Shown here: positions 50,101 through 52,858 of the stretch, in pieces
Layout of the letters: each line of letters opens with the position of its first letter
How positions within the stretch are numbered: position 1 is the stretch's first letter
NCBI GenBank assembly: GCA_963663965.2
Contig: CAXXFK010000003.1
Location: forward strand, 1-52,858
DNA length: 52,858 nt
Reading direction: 5' to 3'
Source: Sedimentisphaerales bacterium
GTDB taxonomy: Bacteria; Planctomycetota; Phycisphaerae; Sedimentisphaerales; SM23-30
Program-made: the position numbers and the translations under genes
The notes under the pieces: generated by a model
What the model saw: the letters and a program-made list of their open reading frames with translations, nothing else
Told to the model about the DNA's origin: nothing
Databases searched by the model: none

Positions 50101-50115
50101 TTTTTAAATTAAGAT

Positions 50116-50121
50116 TTGACA
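50116..50121 (+). promoter_or_regulatory. Outward -35 box (TTGACA) of IS110 circle-junction promoter; -10 TATACT at 48570..48575
   Basis: Joining the ends through one CT core gives TTGACA-17 nt-TATACT. Confidence 0.88.
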
Positions 50122-50794
50122 TAGATTGTCTGGGCTATTTTATGCCGGCCCGTTGGGCTGCTTTGGGTATCCGCCATTTGGCGGATGAAATTATTATTTT
50201 CGTTAAGCTCATTTTGTGGTTGAGGTTATGGTCATTATTTTCATCATTGGGTTCGTTTCGTTTAGCATTAGTTTTCGCTGCGCTCATGTTGGTTTTATCT
50301 ATCTCTTTTGCGAGATATCCTGCAGGTACGCCTCTGCGAGGCGTGGGTTAAAAATTAAATTTCAATCTCTATCCGGGGCCTTACGGACCCCGGCTAGGAA
50401 CTTTCGGCTTTTCAAGCCTTTTATGGCTGGGTTGCCGGGTTGTGTTGTTTTTGTTGGCTTCCATTTCATTCGTATTATTACAACAGCCACGTTAAGTTGG
50501 CTGGTTGGGTATCAGATTTCAAATTGGAACTCACAAGGCAACAAATCCACCCACAAGCTGCACTTGAAGGATGGCACCCAGCACACAGCCTACCCCAAAA
50601 AAATGCGCAGAGGGGCTCTGCGGGCGTGGCCGGTTGGGTGCGGGGCACGCCGGGGATTGGCGGGTGGTTCGGGGGCTATTGGGGCGACTTTGGGATTATA
50701 GACTGGTGTTGTGAGAAAGTCAAAATAAAAATATAGTAATGTGTTATAAAAACACAAATATATTTAAGTTGCGTTATGATTAAATGTGGGGCAA

Positions 50795-50908
50795 ATGGGA
50801 CCGATGGGATGTATGTGAGTGTAAGATACTGAAATGTAAGTTGTTATGGTGAATATGGCGGTGGGATTGGGTGTGGGAATAATGGGAGTTATGGGAATTA
50901 TGGGAGGA
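50795..50908. repeat. Two clusters of degenerate 9-bp repeats (ATGGGAnnn)
   Basis: ATGGGACCG ATGGGATGT..; GTGGGAATA ATGGGAGTT ATGGGAATT ATGGGAGGA. Confidence 0.6.
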
Positions 50909-50949
50909 GAGCTTTGGGGTAATGTCTTTAAACTAGTATTCACTGTGAT

Positions 50950-51258
50950 TCATAAAAGCTGGTCGCCGGGGTTCTCCGCGTACAGCCGGTAGCCGCTGCG
51001 GGTGATGGCGGTCAGGCGGTAGGTGGTTCCGGTTGGGCCGGCGGTGAACTGGCCGGCGGGGTCGGTAGTGACGGTGATGGTGCGAGACTCGCCGCCGTCA
51101 GGCGGGGCAATTTCCAGCCGGAGGGCGGCCTGGCCGACCGGTTCGCCGTACTGGTCCACAATCCGGTCGGCGCCCTCGGCCGGCCGGGGCAACAGGGTCA
51201 GGATGGTCAGGATCAACCCGGCGGACAGCGAAAGGATGGTTCGTTGATGGTGCGGCAT
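50950..51258 (-). CDS. Secreted protein with carboxypeptidase-regulatory-like domain, probably truncated
   Basis: AAGGAG RBS, signal peptide, RIVDQYGEPV..VTTDPAGQF; ends abruptly next to the skewed region. Confidence 0.5.
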   Translation of the reverse strand: MPHHQRTILSLSAGLILTILTLLPRPAEGADRIVDQYGEPVGQAALRLEIAPPDGGESRTITVTTDPAGQFTAGPTGTTYRLTAITRSGYRLYAENPGDQLL

Positions 51259-51441
51259 ATCGGACTCCTTTATTTTTAGGGCTGGTTGGAATTTTGCTTC
51301 ATTGTTTGCGGAATTTCTATCAGGGTATTATTGCACTCTTTGTTATCACTGGTTTTATTGGTTCGTCTTTCTGATTTGTTGTCTTAATCCATCCACAAGT
51401 TTCACTGCGTTACGCTTGAAGTGTTATGTAAATTTTGGTCT

Positions 51442-51813
51442 TTATTCGAAACTAAATGAGAATAATTTATCTGTAATCAATAATAATACTGACCGACATT
51501 TTAATTCAAAACTATTTTCGTCATCATGCAAGACACAAAGATGTTCATCTTCCATTTCGTTATTAGAGTATTCAATAGTTAATGTTAATTCATTATATCT
51601 AAATTTTCCACAAAAGAAATCGCATCCTAAACAGCATATATACAAATGTTCTTCTTTATCATCCCTACTCAAACGAATAGCAAATCTTCTCCCTAATGAT
51701 ATAGTATAATGCCATAATTTTGCTTCTGACGCCTCCCATTGTCTTAATACAGGTGGTATTTGTTGGGGGGAAAAAGTAGAATCTACTTGTTTATGAACTC
51801 TGTCCCATTCCAT
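51442..51813 (-). CDS. Hypothetical protein, possible immunity protein
   Basis: Small AT-rich ORF overlapping the end of a toxin-like fragment. Confidence 0.45.
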   Translation of the reverse strand: MEWDRVHKQVDSTFSPQQIPPVLRQWEASEAKLWHYTISLGRRFAIRLSRDDKEEHLYICCLGCDFFCGKFRYNELTLTIEYSNNEMEDEHLCVLHDDENSFELKCRSVLLLITDKLFSFSFE

Positions 51814-52168
51814 TTCACATGATCTCCATTTTTTATGAATTTTACTTTGTCCAAAAGATTTTCTTCGATCAAATAATTTAGTTCAGCATTCGTAATATTG
51901 CCACATGAAAAACCTTTAGATCTATCTTTTAAAAATATCTGTACATCAAAGTTAGACACATCAAAAACAATCTCATCTGCATTTTTAACGGCCTCTTCAA
52001 ATGATTTTCTAAAATAAAAATCATTCCCCATGCTCTCCCCCAATCAACTCTTGTCAGGCCAGCTTTTTGCCAACCACCTTCATAATATTTTATAACACCT
52101 CTTGGCAATCGATGAAGATCATCATCAAGGCCTAATCCAATTATTCTCTTTTTATTGTTAGAAGTCAA
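51783..52168 (-). pseudogene. Frameshifted polymorphic-toxin-like C-terminal domain
   Basis: IGLGLDDDL..GGWQKAGLTRVDWGRA joins MGNDFYFRKSFEEA..WNG with one added base near 52030. Confidence 0.5.
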
Positions 52169-52185
52169 TCCGTATTTACTGTTTA

Positions 52186-52770
52186 TCAGTTTATTTCATT
52201 AACAAAATCATCTCCAATTTTAATCCATTCTTGTCGATTGATAGCAGGAAAATCGTCGATTGATCCACTAATATAATTTGTGCTCAATTTTGGAAATCTG
52301 GAATTTGTCCATTGTAAAGACTGTAATTTGGCTCCTATCTTTTGAAATGCAATATTCTCAATAATACCGTAAGCAATATTACCACTCGCCATACCAACAA
52401 CCGGAGCGTTACCACAAGATAAATCAGCTTTATATTGACTGATCATTATTGATACATGTTCAGCTGATACATTTGTTAATGCCGCCATAAATGCCATCTC
52501 TTGAGTAGCATAATTATTTTTGCATTTATCGTATTCAATGAAAAAGGCGTGGCGACAGTAGTAACAACTCCTTGAAATTTATTGATAGTCTCCGGCGGAG
52601 GGGTTTTAAAGAAATTATCTACACTCTCAACAGTATTCGCCACATTAACAACAATTTGTGCTGCTCCAACTTTAATTACAGTCTCAACATTATCAGAGAA
52701 TTGACTTGCTTTTCGTGTACCTGGGCGAAATCCGTATTTATTGAAATAAGGAATCTTCGTAAGATTTTAG
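52186..52770 (-). pseudogene. Degraded fragment of a larger protein
   Basis: 103-aa ORF continues upstream in other frames (open stretch NLTKIPY..TVATP); AT-rich. Confidence 0.35.
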
Positions 52771-52858
52771 CCAAGTGAAGCAGGTAATTGGGCTAAAGTA
52801 GGTAATTTACCCGTTTTGGAGATAGATTTGCAGTGCTTTTTTGACAGCGGCGACCGGA

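Larger units (their letters stand above)
48563..50131 (+). mobile_element. IS110-family element, 1569 bp, CT core at both junctions (48561..62 and 50130..31)
   Basis: Removing it restores CGCTCTGCC-CT-GGGCT, colinear with the uninterrupted units in copy A; no terminal inverted repeats. Confidence 0.95.
48039..50346 (-). repeat. Array of three hairpin-rich units (starts 50346, 48490, 48223), split by IS110
   Basis: Same unit motifs as 312..1095; periods 287 bp (after removing the 1569-bp IS) and 267 bp. Confidence 0.93.
47123..50639 (-). mobile_element. Copy B of dispersed element (gene + 3-unit array + leader), interrupted by IS110
   Basis: Inverted homolog of 1..1991; the G/T-rich skew continues to about 50925, so the element may extend further. 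Confidence 0.5.

Overview
Bacterial chromosomal window, probably Planctomycetota (inferred from the DUF1559-type prepilin gene, several sulfatases and glycoside hydrolases, an ECF/anti-sigma pair and the integrase types). It is bracketed by two inverted, diverged copies of an unannotated element (1..1991 + and 47123..50639 -). Each copy has a leader, three ~270-310 bp hairpin-rich repeat units separated by exchangeable REP-like cassettes, and a conserved 279-aa gene of unknown function; this is the best candidate for an undescribed system. The second copy carries a complete IS110 element (48563..50131) whose CT core, circle-junction promoter and bridge-RNA target/donor guides can be read directly from the sequence. 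Between the copies lie: (1) a sulfatase/GH16/GH2/lactonase cluster; (2) a ~22.9 kb island integrated in tRNA-Arg(CCT) (11351..34203) with a frameshifted tyrosine integrase, a primase-helicase, Xis-like genes and a six-gene defence operon (SNF2-DUF3883, Schlafen/AlbA_2, degenerate PLD-like, DUF1156 methylase, ABC ATPase-TOPRIM, DUF499 ATPase); (3) a second integrase remnant, an ECF locus and a decayed IS5; (4) envelope and housekeeping genes. Decayed polymorphic-toxin-like modules sit at the right end. All family assignments come from motif recognition by eye; no searches were run.
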